A stretch of 63,172 nucleotides of DNA, filler included, from Collodictyon triciliatum (Eukaryota), in assembly GCA_043381765.1 (NCBI GenBank). It is 6 parts of 5 records of this genome, joined end to end, with 100 filler letters (N's around TTAATTAATTAA, not from the genome) between each part and the next. Parts side by side here need not be neighbours in the genome. Positions count along the whole stretch, not along the records: positions 18,361 to 28,544 come from JBHJMP010001884.1; positions 28,645 to 42,666 come from JBHJMP010001884.1; 4 more parts are not named here. The stretch is one strand, 5' to 3'. The notes below the pieces were generated by a model. It worked only from the letters and a program-made list of their open reading frames with translations. It had not been told where the DNA came from and ran no database searches. Shown piece by piece: positions 18,719 to 31,800 of this stretch; position 1 is the stretch's first letter; every line of letters begins with the position of its first letter. A program made the position numbers and the translations under genes.

Positions 18719-21545
18719 TTAGGCTTTATCCTGAGTAAAGACAGAAAGTTCTTTTCCATCTTTCGTCTTCGATGACGTTTTTTGAAGGGCCTGGTATTCT
18801 CCCTTCTGGTGGCCGAAGTAGTAGGTCCCGTACATCCCCACGGCAACCGCAAAGGCACATGCAATCGAAATTCCAGCAATCGCACCCGCAGAGAGACTGT
18901 CATCATTCTCTCTATCATCTATTCAAGTGGTTAATAAGGTTTGCGTCTATTATGTTGGTATCATTTAGGTGGTATGATAATCAAGTTTAATGAAATCTTA
19001 AAGAATGGATATTACTGTCAGGATATGGACATTGACCTATGAACAAAATTCTGTTTAGAGCAAGATATGTCTTATGTGTTTTATATTTTGAAAACTAAAA
19101 AAGGGCCAAAACCAATTAAAATAAAGTAATTCAATAAAACTGAAAAATACGTTTATATTGCGACTGGGGGTGAAACAAAGCACGGCGGTAAAAATATGGC
19201 TGGTAACTAGTCGGCATCAATTCTGGGTGTAGTGTGTGAATGAGGTCTTGAAGAACCGTGTGGGGATTAGAAGTCCCTGACTCAAAGTATGGAATATAAC
19301 CATCCCTAAATCCAAAATATATCAGTTTGCATCGGAAGAGAATGATATGGCTGTGTTGATGACAGTTCAAACAAATATCTCACTTGTATCTATTATTGTC
19401 ACGCAAGACAACATATTCACACTGCACAGAAGCGATGGACTCAACTTCCTGTGTGGCGATATTATTTGAAAAATTGAAACAGAATATAAAAGCAGCAAGA
19501 AAGCATAAGATGAAAGTTCCTTAGAGATTCTTGTTCGAGGTTCGAAAAAAATGGTGTGTCTGGACATACGGGTTGTTGCTCCAGGAGGTCATCCATAACC
19601 TGAACATTCATGTAGTCTGCATGAATCCAGTACTTAACTTTCTTTGCCTTCTGCATAAACTATGATTCATTCGGCATTAGATTTAGATGTAAGGATATTT
19701 CTTGATAAACGTAAATAACATTGTTTTGAGAATGTTACGGTATCCAAGGAAATAAGAAATGAGCCGGTGGATGTGGAGTTGTCCCCGACATAGACTGCGT
19801 TTGCATCTAAAGTTCAGGAGTTAAAAAAAGAATAATGATGCAACAAAAATTTTCTCTATAATAGTGATATAAGCAAGATGGTTAGTACAACACTTACCTC
19901 TAATCAGATTTGCAACGTAGCTGTTCCCACCAGGAATGGAAAACTTTGAAGCTCCACTCATTTTAAATGAGAATCCAGCAACGACTTCAGGTCTACATTG
20001 CAAACGAGAATGGGTGGAGAACTCTTTTACTTTAGTGTGATACATGTAATCTATGTATACATACATAACTATTTAATCGCATATAGCTGAAACAATAATG
20101 GAACCTGCTCTTGGCTTTGCTTGCAATTTGGACGTATTTCAGATACTCTTTCTTCAGGTACTCGAACTCCTATGCACAAGTATTTTTTAGCATATCCTAT
20201 CAGTGGGTTAATACAAAAGTATATATCTAAATAGCCATGAAAATACACATATACTCACACTCTTTGCTTTTTCTTCAAGTCCAACAAGTACACCAAACTA
20301 TTTAATCCATTCTACTTGACCAAGTGGCGAGTTTTCCTCTGTCTCGCAGTTTATCATGAAAGAGTCAATCTAGAAATATTAAAAACCCATGTTTTATCAA
20401 TTTTCATTATTTTATTGCACGAAGAAATATTATAAAATGTTTCATACCTCTCCCATCCTCCAAGCGTCGTACTTGCTACCAAATGTAACATTTGGCTGAA
20501 GCATGTTGACGAAGGTTGAATTCACTTCATAATAAGAGTTTATTGTGTATCCCACCTATTCGTAACCAGGGCATAAACAATATGTGTCGAAAAATGACTA
20601 TCGTTACATCATTTTTCTGAAACCCCTATTTTCATACTTGCTAAAGGAAAAGAAAAGAAAAGAAAAGAAAAGAAAAGAAAAGAAAAGAAAAGAAAAGAAA
20701 AGGATATCCTGGAAAAATAAAACACGAATGGCATATACTTCCTCAATTAAGCCCTCAGCGATGCGCTTCTGGACAGAAGGAGTGGATATATGGTCGTGCT
20801 CAAGAACACCAACAAGTCTGTCGACAATACCAAGTCTGTCGAACGGAGGCAAATAAGTCACATCCAGTGAAACAAAGGAGGTGACTGGCACAACGAATCC
20901 CGAGCGGTATCTCTAGCAAATCATTTATAAAATGCTGGTCACTTCTAAATGACTGAAAACGGTGAAACACTTAACGAACATAAATGAAAGACGATAGAAA
21001 GGAATGAACAGGCAAAAGAAAAAATAAGTGGAATGAGAGGAAACAAAATGATTATAAAAATACCAAAAATTGTAAAAGGACAATAAGAAATGCAATTAAA
21101 AGACTAAAGGAAAATATATCTTACCCCATAGGTCGAGTGGCTCGAATACATCGATGTGCCTGGAGCAGGCTCCTTTTTGTAGAAGACGTATTCAATCGCA
21201 GGCTCAATACACTTTTGAATTAAGGTGCAGTTATCCGCATTGCAGTTCAGACTGAACTTGTTGGCATATTCATTATTGGCGGCCTGGACTACAAACACAA
21301 ACAAATAAAAAAAAAATGTCAACCACACTTTGACTAAGCCAGTCACAGCAGAAGCGAACATTTGGTTTGACGGCGAGAAAAACCTGACATACAGGAAATA
21401 AACAAATAAAGGGTGTGTGGTGGTATTCTGTCTTACCAGTGGTGGTGTTGTATTGGAAGACAAACAGCACAAAGGCAAGGTAGTAGTGGCGATAAGCTCG
21501 AAGGCCGAGGAAAGAAGCCGGGGCGGTGTGTCTTGGAGCAGACAT
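18719..21545 (-). CDS. CBA1: CBA1/BtuF-like cobalamin (or siderophore) binding protein with signal peptide and C-terminal TM anchor; 11 exons, one in-frame TAG at 20300-20298
   Basis: Spliced product: VPVTSFVSLDVTYLPPFDRLGIVDRLVGV, ETEENSPLGQVEWIK*FGVLVGLEEKA, IPGGNSYVANLIRDA, YFESGTSNPHTVLQDLIHTLHPE..YQPYFYR, then LSAGAIAGISIACAFAVAVGMYG. All intron phases are consistent. Confidence 0.75.
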
Positions 21546-22795
21546 CTTGGCGAAAAACGTGTGGTCTTGAATGGTGATTTTTTCGGTTCTTAGTTTGGTG
21601 CTTCTTGGTCAGGTGTTTTGTGGCGTTTTGGATAACGTTTTCCCCTTTTTTTTGAATCAAATCTTTGAAGTTGCTTTAGCTTTTTTCTTTTTTTAAAACA
21701 CTGTTTTGGGTGGATTAGAATTGCATGTGTAGTTATATCGAACACCAATAAATAGTGACCACACAAAGAGTGTTTGCGGAAAATATAAGAAAAGAGATGA
21801 CAGTGAGGGTAGAAATGCTCCGTGATAAGAAGAGTGTTTTCTAGGTGTGCTTCAAAGGCAAAAATGAATAGTATCCAAGCTAAAATGATGTGATTAAAGG
21901 CGTCGAATGAAAGGCAGAGCATTGTGTCATGTCGATTTTTCTTTGAGAGAAAGAGAAGCCACAGAGCGGATGCTACCTTGTGGTAATTGATGTCGCCATG
22001 TCTTTGTGATTGCAGCAGCTCGATATTGGGACGTTCCTTCATCCATGTGCTAAAAGTCAGTAGGGAGTTTAGAGAGCGTTCAAATCTCGTTTGAAATAAA
22101 ACGTCAACTAGTTACTAGGTGCACGTCGATGAGAATCACAGATACTGTCTTTGCAAATGATTACTTTATGTATATACGCTGTTCTGAATGACTGGATTAA
22201 AATTGGTTATGAATAGGCGTCACCTTTTTAATACCTTCTGTCGGTATATAATATTTTAAATTCCAGAAATCACTCAAATCGCGTTTCGCAATGTGTTTCA
22301 GTGGTCTCAAGGTTATGTGATTTTGTTCTGTTGCATCTTGTGTTTTTTTTTTTTTTGACTGGACAGCAAGACTGCGACACTTTCTGAAATGAATGGGAAG
22401 CAGACAGGGAATTAGAATCCGACAAGTTGTGTGAGACTGATCACATGACAATTGATTCAGCTTCATCAGAACAATCATGAAAAAAAAATGCACAAGCCTG
22501 TAAGCCCTGTAACTTCTAAGGTCAATCTCAAGAAGCAAGAGCAAGTCCAGCCGCATATATTTCTACAAGGCGATCAAAGTGATGTATGTGGGATTCTCTT
22601 CACCAAGCAGATTTCTACTAGTGTTTCTGATTGGACTCTTATTCCATACTGTGCATGTCTTCGGCTCCCAGTCCGGAGGTTTATATCCACCCCGCTGACT
22701 TCAGTACTTATATTCTGATTCTAATTCTGGTTCTGGTTCCATCTCTTCGTTTCTTTGTCTATGTCTTGATTTTTTCTTCAGTTTTTATTTTTATT

Positions 22796-25700
22796 AGCCT
22801 GCAATGACAGATTCGTAGCGGCTGATGATGGATGTTTCTGCGATGCTGGGGACTTTATTAATTTCGAGGAGACTGCATATCATGCCCTGCAAATACGAAC
22901 CAGCCTCTCAGAGACCAAGCAACATGCGGTGACCGTATTGGTACAGGGGAGATAAAAAGCCTGGTGTTTTAGGATGAAGCTTACAGAATAAGCAGTGCTA
23001 GGCACTGACCTTCTTCACATAATACACGGCGGGGCATGCCTGTTGTATTCACCCCAAGGGATTTACGTGGTTGGAGGAAGCATGTCAGCCGAAACAGAGG
23101 ACTTTGACACATATTATTCAATGACACTACTTCACTATTTAAATAGTGAGCTGAAACCATGTTGGTTTCTATTCAATTGTTTGGCGACGTGCCACAAGAA
23201 AGAACACATTTTTGTTGGATGGGAATGGAAAGATATGCTATCTTGATTGGTGGTAAAATACTGCAGTCTGACGACCATGTTTATCAAATGGAGCCGAAGA
23301 AAAAGTTATGGAAAAGAAAATCTGGTGTGCCAAACGACATGCTTTTTATTTGTTCAGTATGTGTTAGAAATGTCGATATCATTTACATTATGGAGGACAG
23401 AATGAATTACACGAGACTTAATAATCTCCTATCTTATCATCCCGAGAAATATACATGGATTCACATCAATAATCCTAGTTTGAATTCACCTAGATTATCA
23501 TTCAGTTCTGTCTTCTTTTCAGATAACAAGATTTACATTTTTGGGGGACTGATGGCCATGATGAGAATGTTGAATTTATGAACTTGTCATTGAAGACAGA
23601 GAATTTAGAGTGAAAAGCAAAACATCTCCCACCTTGGATGATTGTTTGGCTTAAGATGAAGAGAATATTATATGCGAGTTTTCCAGAGGGAGTTTTGTTT
23701 ATGGTTTATATCAAAACCAAATTCATTTCTTTGGAGGAAATAGGCGAGGTGAAGTTCAAGAGGATGTTAACATACTTGACTTGAATACTAGCCGAGTTTT
23801 GTTCCGAAATAATTATGGACTCGACAGCGCAGAATTACCTCTCTCATACCCTCCACCAAAGTATGGGTCAGTTAATCTGGTTGTTGGGCATGCGTTGATG
23901 ATTATTGGAGGAGATGGTGTAACAGGATTGGTCAGCAATGATGTGTGGGTCTGGGACATGGAGGCTCAAACATGGTCGGATACATCAGTATCAAAATCTC
24001 CGATACATCGTACAAAACTGGGGTTTGCAGAATTCACAAATGAATCATTCATCATACTTGGTGGAGTGACAGATTACACGCAAGAGGTACTGCTAAATGA
24101 CTTATGGCTATTCAACATTACCAAACAAGAATGGAGTTTTCTCTACAAAGGAGCATCCGAAGGACTGATATCTCAAACATTTCCACCAGAGGACATCAGC
24201 TTTGATGTCGACATTGCCTGGATTCATCTATGTATATGGTGGAAGAACAGAGCCTGGAATAAATGACGACAGAATATGGATATTTAGCGTATCTTCCAGA
24301 AAAAATGGAATGCGATTTTGCCGCACAACTCTCTAAGCCCACATCAAAGACCCTTCTATAGACTTGGAGTCAGCTCTTTGCAAATAGGAGACCAAGCGCT
24401 CATCTGGGGCAGAAAATTGAAGATGGCATAAAAAGAACAGAATTTTATTCATCTGTGATGGCTTTAGACTTCAGAGATGAAACACTGAAGTCTCTTAATA
24501 CTAGTGGAAATCCACCAATCAGAAGTCAGTTTCCTTCTTTTTGTCGCCTAGATAAAACGAGAATCATATTGCACGGTGGAGTTGGCTTTTCTGGCAACTT
24601 GTTGAATGATGTATGGATTTACAATAAAAAAAAACGATCATGTGGACTTTGTCTCGATATGAAGGCCATGAGTGCTCTTGGCATCTGAGCAATGCGGTAT
24701 GCATGTCATTAAGCAAAAGCTCTATCATAGTTGGGACAAATTACAGTACTGGAGAAGTATCGGGCTTCATGATGCAACACGAGTTTCAAAGACAATTCAA
24801 TTTATTTTTTTCAAATATGGTTGAATAAAATCAAGTGTCGAGAAAAATAGTGGACGTTTTGTTAATGGTCTACCATTTAAATTTGGTGGCACTTCAGGCT
24901 ATTCAATCACCAATCAGGTCGTTGCTTACAAGCCTGGTTTCTGTTCGGATTTTTCGAAATTAGTAAAGAGTGCTTTACAAGGTGCTATATTTGATGATGG
25001 CAGTGGACCCGGTATGTATATGGAGAATACAAATTGCACTTGGATACTACCAGATGCAACACATTTATTGGTAAGCAAAACTATAAGATATCAGGATAAA
25101 TTGGTGATATTACCCCTGACCCAAAGCAGTACAGCTGGTGAAAAAGAAAACCAATTGAGTGAAAAAATCGGGAATAACAAAGAAACTCTTTTTCAGTCCA
25201 CTTCAGGATTCGTAATTCGATTTATAGCACAAGCAAATAAGAAAAAAGAAACACAAGAAATTAATGAACCCTGCCAAGGATGTGAAGGATTCTCTGTATT
25301 TCACACTTATTGCCCAGAAAACTCGAACTTGGATATTGGTACACGCGAATGCACATGCAATAATGGATATAAAAGAATGATAGATTTTTGCACCAAAGAC
25401 ACCTATTCACATAATCTAAATTACGTCGCAATATTTGCAAGCTCAGCTTTTGATTTGTTATTTATTATTACAGCTATCATCGGATATCGATGTAGGAAAA
25501 AAATGTTTGGAGTTATTACTGGTAATGAAAATCGATACATGGGTATAATCGATGCAGCTGAAATAACGTTGGGAAGGTTACTTGGTAGCGGAAGCTCTGG
25601 TCAGGTTTGTTTCTCATAATTTAGATTGAAATTATATGCGACTTACCATGCTTTTAAGGTCTATAGCGGAGAATGGAGAGGCACTGATATTGCTGTAAAA

Positions 25701-28518
25701 GTTCTCAGCGGAAAAAATCTATCCATGGAAAAAATTGAGCTATTCAAAAAAGTAATATCAATGATGGTGTATGTTTCATTATGCGGATAATTTTTAAAGA
25801 ATTCGTGGTGATATTAAGGGACATTTATTAAAACCAGATTTTTAATTTATGTTGTAGTGAATTGAGGCATCCAAATATCATACTTTACATGGGTGCATGT
25901 TTTGGAATAGAAAATCCATATATGATATGTGAACTGATGCATCAAGGCAGCCTATATGAAGTTCTTCATCAAGAAAAGTCCATCAACTACCTTCAAAGAT
26001 TGAAATTCATGCTTGACATATACAAGGGTACAATTTAAATACCTGATTCGTTTTACAAAATATTTATTAAGAAAATACAATTAGGGATGCAATATCTACA
26101 CGCATCTAACCCGCCGATAATCCATAGAGATTTGAAAAGTCCGAACATCTTGGTAACTCATAATCATTTTTCAATTTACGAAACTGACTTAATTAAAGCT
26201 CTTATAGGTTGATGAGAAGAACAGACTTAAAATATGGTAGGATAACTATCATTATAATTTAATTTATTTTTTATTTTGCTGATATAAAATTCTCCCCTCC
26301 TTTTTTTTACTAACACTACTGAAAATTAGCGACTTTGGTATTTCAGTTTTACAAGGTGCCAAAAAATGACGAGCAAATGGGATCAATACCTTGACTTGCA
26401 CCTGAAGTAATAAGAGGCGGAAAGTATACTAAAAGCGCTGATGTATACAGCTTTGGGATTATCACATGGGAAATAATTACCAGAGAAAATCCGTATCAAA
26501 ACATAGAAAATGTGTTTTCTTTGCTGACGCTTGTTGCTCAGGATGGATTGCGTCCAACTATCCCAACAAATATTCATGAAGATGCACAAAACATAATTAA
26601 AGAATTATGGGCCCAAGACCCGTCCATAAGGCCAACATTCCAAATTGCATCCAAGAGGATTTCAGTATATATTTCTGACATGATTGATTATTATTATATA
26701 CCATTCTATATTTTTAACTAAACTATAAACTTCTTAAAATTTAGGCTTTCATAGAAAAATCTCAGCGATCAAACAACTCTTCGATAGCGGTACCTCTATT
26801 GCACATATCTGAATCAATCCAATACCAAAATTCTTAATGAAAAATATTAAGGCTTTATTTAGTGACGAGGAACACCCACCCCAAGGAAATATTACTGTTG
26901 TTTGCATGCGTATTTTTGGGGCAGAATCCCTTTGGGATGAATTAACTGAGGATTTTAGTGACATATTGACTTCATACAACAAGATAGTTAAAAATGTATT
27001 TGATTTTCCAATGATAAATACACTGTTTTCATATTTTTCTGAGTTTAATTTTTTTTTATCAAAAACAATTAATAGAAATCACAAAAACATCACGGGTATA
27101 TAAGTCAAGGAGATGGAGAGAGCTTCATAGTAGCTTTCCAAGAACCTTTCGATTCACTATCGTAATATTTTAAACCCAACATATTTGTTGTATAATAGAA
27201 ATTTAATGAAAAATAAATCTAGGTTCTGTATTGATGTCCAGGCTTCCTTGAATTCAACTGAATGGCCCTATACACTTCTTCAGCATAAAGAAGGTCGATC
27301 GATTGCGCTTGGTCAACTTAAGGGACCTAGGGTGCAAATGGTATACCTGGATACCATATGTACCAATGCGTTCTTTACTCAATCTAGTAATTTTAAAATA
27401 AGTGGGAGTTGATTAAGGGATATGCAACTCCGATACTGATGAAATCACGGAAAGATGTCAATGCCATGGAAATTTTTTTAAATAGATATTTTCTTTTATC
27501 TGTTATTTCTAGAAGCTTTTTCAGTCCAATCAACATGCTGGGCGCTTAATCATAATTACCATAATAGTATGTTCTAAGGGCAATCAAAATCTGCAAAGTC
27601 GCACAAGGAGGACAAATACTATTTCATGAAACTGTTTATCAGGTTCCCATAACTAATTGCATATTAATTTCTATTTTTTATGACAAGTAAACCGCTGGAA
27701 TTCTTTTCAGGCACTAGGAGAAAAATTGAGAGTGTTAGAACTCAGAAATACTATCCGAGAAATGGGAAATAAAAGAACAGAATCCGGTCATATATATGAA
27801 GTATATATTGAGTATTGCTTTTTTTAATTTCAAAATATATTAGGAATGTGAAATTGCCTTTTATTTGTTATCAATATTTAATTTTTGGTGGTAAACCCAG
27901 ATTTTCTCTCATGAACTCCAAGGGAGAGGAGATTACTTCATGGAAAATCAATCTGCTGATGACGCGAGTGCGGGGGATATTGCAGTGAGTAAATAAAAAT
28001 TGTGTTAAAGTAGGAATGATATAGCAGGGCATTTTCTCTTACTGATTGACTTTGCTACACACAGACTCCATGTATGTCGCGGGTCACCCAAGATGTACCT
28101 CAAAGTTCATTACCAACGTTGAAAAATCCAAAAAAGCCCGGGGAACCGCCTTTAGATTTAAGAATGAATGAGAAGAAAGTGTCTTATGTGTCACGTATTA
28201 GAGAGAGAAGACCGTGGGAAATCGAATTTGATGAGCTTATAAATAAAGAAAACAGATTAGGTTCAGGTTCTTTTGGGACAGTGTTCATCACAAACTATAA
28301 GGTATGGAAAATCGGGAAAACATAGAGTAAATAAAGGCTATATTTTATACTCATCATCGTTTTATCTTCATTTTTTAAGGATTAAGTTGGATCAATTTAA
28401 CTTTTCATACTGTTTCTTGTACGCAGGGAAGAAGGGTTGCTATAAAAACATTGGGATGTGGAGGTTATGTGTCAGATGCTGTTTACATCGCTTTCCTTTG
28501 CGAAGTTAATATTTTAAG
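22796..28518 (+). pseudogene. Disrupted receptor: Kelch repeats - CUB - EGF-like - TM - TKL kinase - class III cyclase-like - second TKL kinase (3' truncated; 5' boundary approximate)
   Basis: Kelch (IYIFGG, MIIGG..SNDVWVWD, LLNDLWLF), CUB (DDGSGPGMYMENTNCTWI), kinase (GSGSSG, IAVK, HRDLKSPNIL, DFG, APE, ADVYSFGI), cyclase (PPQGNITVV..LWD, GDGESFIVAF), kinase 2 (WEIEFDEL..LGSGSFGTV). Many frameshifts and stops. Confidence 0.75.
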
Positions 28519-28544
28519 GTAGAATGGTATTGGTGAATCTTTGC

Positions 28545-28644
28545 NNNNNNNNNNNNNNNNNNNNNNNNNNNNNNNNNNNNNNNNNNNNTTAATTAATTAA
28601 NNNNNNNNNNNNNNNNNNNNNNNNNNNNNNNNNNNNNNNNNNNN
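28545..28644. other. Artificial scaffold spacer
   Basis: N44-TTAATTAATTAA-N44. Confidence 0.95.
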
Positions 28645-28893
28645 CAAAAAAACAAAAAAACAAAAAAACAAAAAAACAAAAAAACAAAAAAACAAAAAAA
28701 CAAAAACAAAAAAAACAAAAAACAAAAAAAAACAAAACAAAAAAACAAAACAAAAAGGATGGTAGTAAGAGTAAAAATAAATAGTAAAGGTTGAGTAAAC
28801 TTTGTCACCCTTGCACTTGCGCGCCCCTACTTTCCCAGATCAGGTCGGGTCCTCTTTCACGCACAGCACTCAGCGCGAACTGCTGCTCGCAGC

Positions 28894-31800
28894 ATGGATC
28901 CACCACTTACAGAACTTGCAGCCACGAATCCTACAGTCTCCTTTGGCTCGGCTCAGTCAAATCCTGGATCAACACCTTCATTCTCCTTTGGCTCGGCTCA
29001 ACCAAATCCTGGATCAACAACTTCATTTTCCTTTGGCTCGGCTCAACCAAATCCTGGATCATCTCAACTCTCTTTTGACTCAACTCAACCAACCAATACA
29101 ATAGCCCGATTTGGTTCTGAGTCAGGGGAGCCAAACACTGAAACGAAGGCATTCCCCTCTTCTTCAGCTCAACCAGGCAGCAAAGAAAACATCCATCCAA
29201 GTAATACCGAAGAAGACAGCCAAATTAAAAAGTATAGTATTTTTGATTTTTATGCTGTTATTTTTTCAAAAAACTGCACCCAAAATCTTGGAGAGGTTGA
29301 CGATATCGTTCATTCTCTTTCTTTGTCTCCAAACTATATATCAATTTGTTGTGCACTTGACACGAAAAAAACATATGGACTGCTCCTAGTGGAAGCAATC
29401 GAGAATCTATTCGTTCGAAGATATGAACGCGCCCACTTTTTGTTAGCATATGCTATCTCTAGAAACACTGAATCCCCATTTGGTTGGTATGCACTCCTCC
29501 AACTCTATCTGGAGTGTCCATCTTTAATCCCTCAACCAAGGAATACGGATCCTTTCATCTTTGTAGTCAGCCTTATCCAAGCATGCTCTTCATCATCCCA
29601 AGTGTACGATGCAATTTTTTTTGAAGAAGCTGTTGGCAACTACTGCTCAAATTTTAGAGATGGTCGCCAACAGAAACTTTTGGCTTTTCAACAATGCTAC
29701 AATATTTTCGTTCGAAATTTCAACCCACAGAACACTCAAAATTATGATCTGACAGTTCATGTCCGATCAAGTGAAAATATACCGTGCTTCATGTATTTAT
29801 TGGCGACAGAATCACTTGCATCATCCAATATGGGTAGGAGGAGTAACGCCAAAAATTTTTATGAAACAGCAGCCGGTCTGGGTCATGCATCAGCACAGTA
29901 TGAAGTTTGGTCAACGGACGAGCACCAATCATTTTTTAGGGGTAGCTCAACTTTCGATTTCTTGGTATCATCAGCCAGGAATGGTCACCCTTATGCGTTG
30001 TACTCTCTCGGAGTTTATTACATCTCCTCTCAAGACGACAAATCTCTCCATGAAGTTGGCAAGAAACTTATAAAGGCCTCTTGCAATCTTGGCTTCGACC
30101 AGGCGAGATTGGCCGACTACTTATGCCAAGATTTAGAAAATGATTTGCTTTATATCTCAGAGGGTTACATGAAGCTTTTGAATGAATTAGCTGAAAATGG
30201 TTCCACAGAAGCAATTAACGAGCTTGGAAACAGATATTTTCATGGAAAAGGAGTTAAGCAATCATCTAAAAAAGCTGTGTCCCTGTACAAACAGGCTGCT
30301 GACAGACATCATCCAAAAGCATGCGAAAATTTAGCAAACTGTCTTTACCATGGAGAAGGTGTAGAAAAGAATGAGGAAATTGCATTACCTCTTTATGAAA
30401 AGGCTGCAAATGCGGGTATTTATTATTCAGCTCTTGCTCTTTACTTGCACTACATGAAAAAAGCAAATACACCTGAAGTTTTGCATGCTCGAGCCAAATG
30501 GTGTAACGCTGCTTCAGAACTTTCTAGATCAAATAAAGAAAAGGACCCAATTGTTGAATTTGTTGCACCACCGCCAAGCCAGGGTCACTCACTTTCACAG
30601 TCATCAACCATCAGCTATGCAAGAAAACCGATCAAATGGCTGTCCTTACCCTTCGCACGTAGTGTTTGCATCGATTTTATTTACAAAGAATCATTTAGGC
30701 TTATTTTAAAGCATGCAATTGAAGGGGATATTTCATCTAAATATATGGTTATTCATAATGCGAAAATGTATCCCTGCGATATCGATGCACAGCTACTATA
30801 TCAATTCGAGCAAGACGTACGCAGGAGTTCGTATATTTACAGAATTGTTGATCTTACCGTCGAAATCCTAAAAGGAGATGGTAATGCAATAGAATTGTTT
30901 GAAGAGTTCTTTAGAGCTGTCTCTGAATCAAACACCCAGCAGCATCCATTGATTTGTACCATAATTCAAAGAAACAGAAATGCTCTATTAAACCTCTTGC
31001 AAAATCGCGTACAAATGATAAACTTCATAAAGATGGCTAGTCTGGTCGGTTTGTCAAACATTCCATGGGACAGTCTCATCGAACTTGCCCAAAATCAAGG
31101 GAGAAATATACCACCAATATCGGCTGAATCTTTGTTGGAGATACTTCGCTTACTATACCACGCCCGGTGCACTGAACAAACAATAGACAAGGATCGATTC
31201 AACTCTTTATTCGTCACATTAATGGATACGTTGCCATTCGACAAAAAAGACCAACCTTTTATCATTTCTCAAATCAAAACTGGTATTGATGTTCAATTAC
31301 AGATACTAGAGCGAGTGGAGTTAAAAATCTCTGATCTAGAAGATGGTGATTCAGGAATCGGGAAATCAATTGAGACCATGGTCAACCAAGAATATACTGG
31401 AGTATCCCTCTTTATGGGAAAGTACAAACTAAAGAGCTTGTTATTCCCAGAAAAGCAGTCAGGTGAGGCGATTCTCACAAAACTAGCAAAGAAACAAAAC
31501 ATCCAAGCTTTGGAGATGCTCTGTGAGTATTATGATAGCCCTGATGGGTACAAACACCCAACTAAAGCATTAGAGTATCTCAAAAACATACACGACCTAA
31601 TGAAGACTAATAGCGGGTATAATTTTGCCCTTGGAAAGCGGCTCTATGAAGGGGATGTCTTCAAACCAGACACGAGAGAGGGAATCAAGCTGATTCAAAT
31701 CGCTTGTGATCAAATGAATACCAGTGCCATACTTTACTATTCCCAAATTCTTCTACTGAATAAACAACACAAAGAAACAGGGGCTCTGGGATTACACCTT

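Noticed and set aside
22070..22095. GTTCAAATC tRNA T-loop-like motif
   Set aside because: Flanks do not form a T-stem or a cloverleaf.
26392..26394. TGA at a conserved Trp suggesting TGA=Trp recoding
   Set aside because: The gene has many other lesions, intact genes use TGG for Trp, and the Sel1 ORF ends at TGA.
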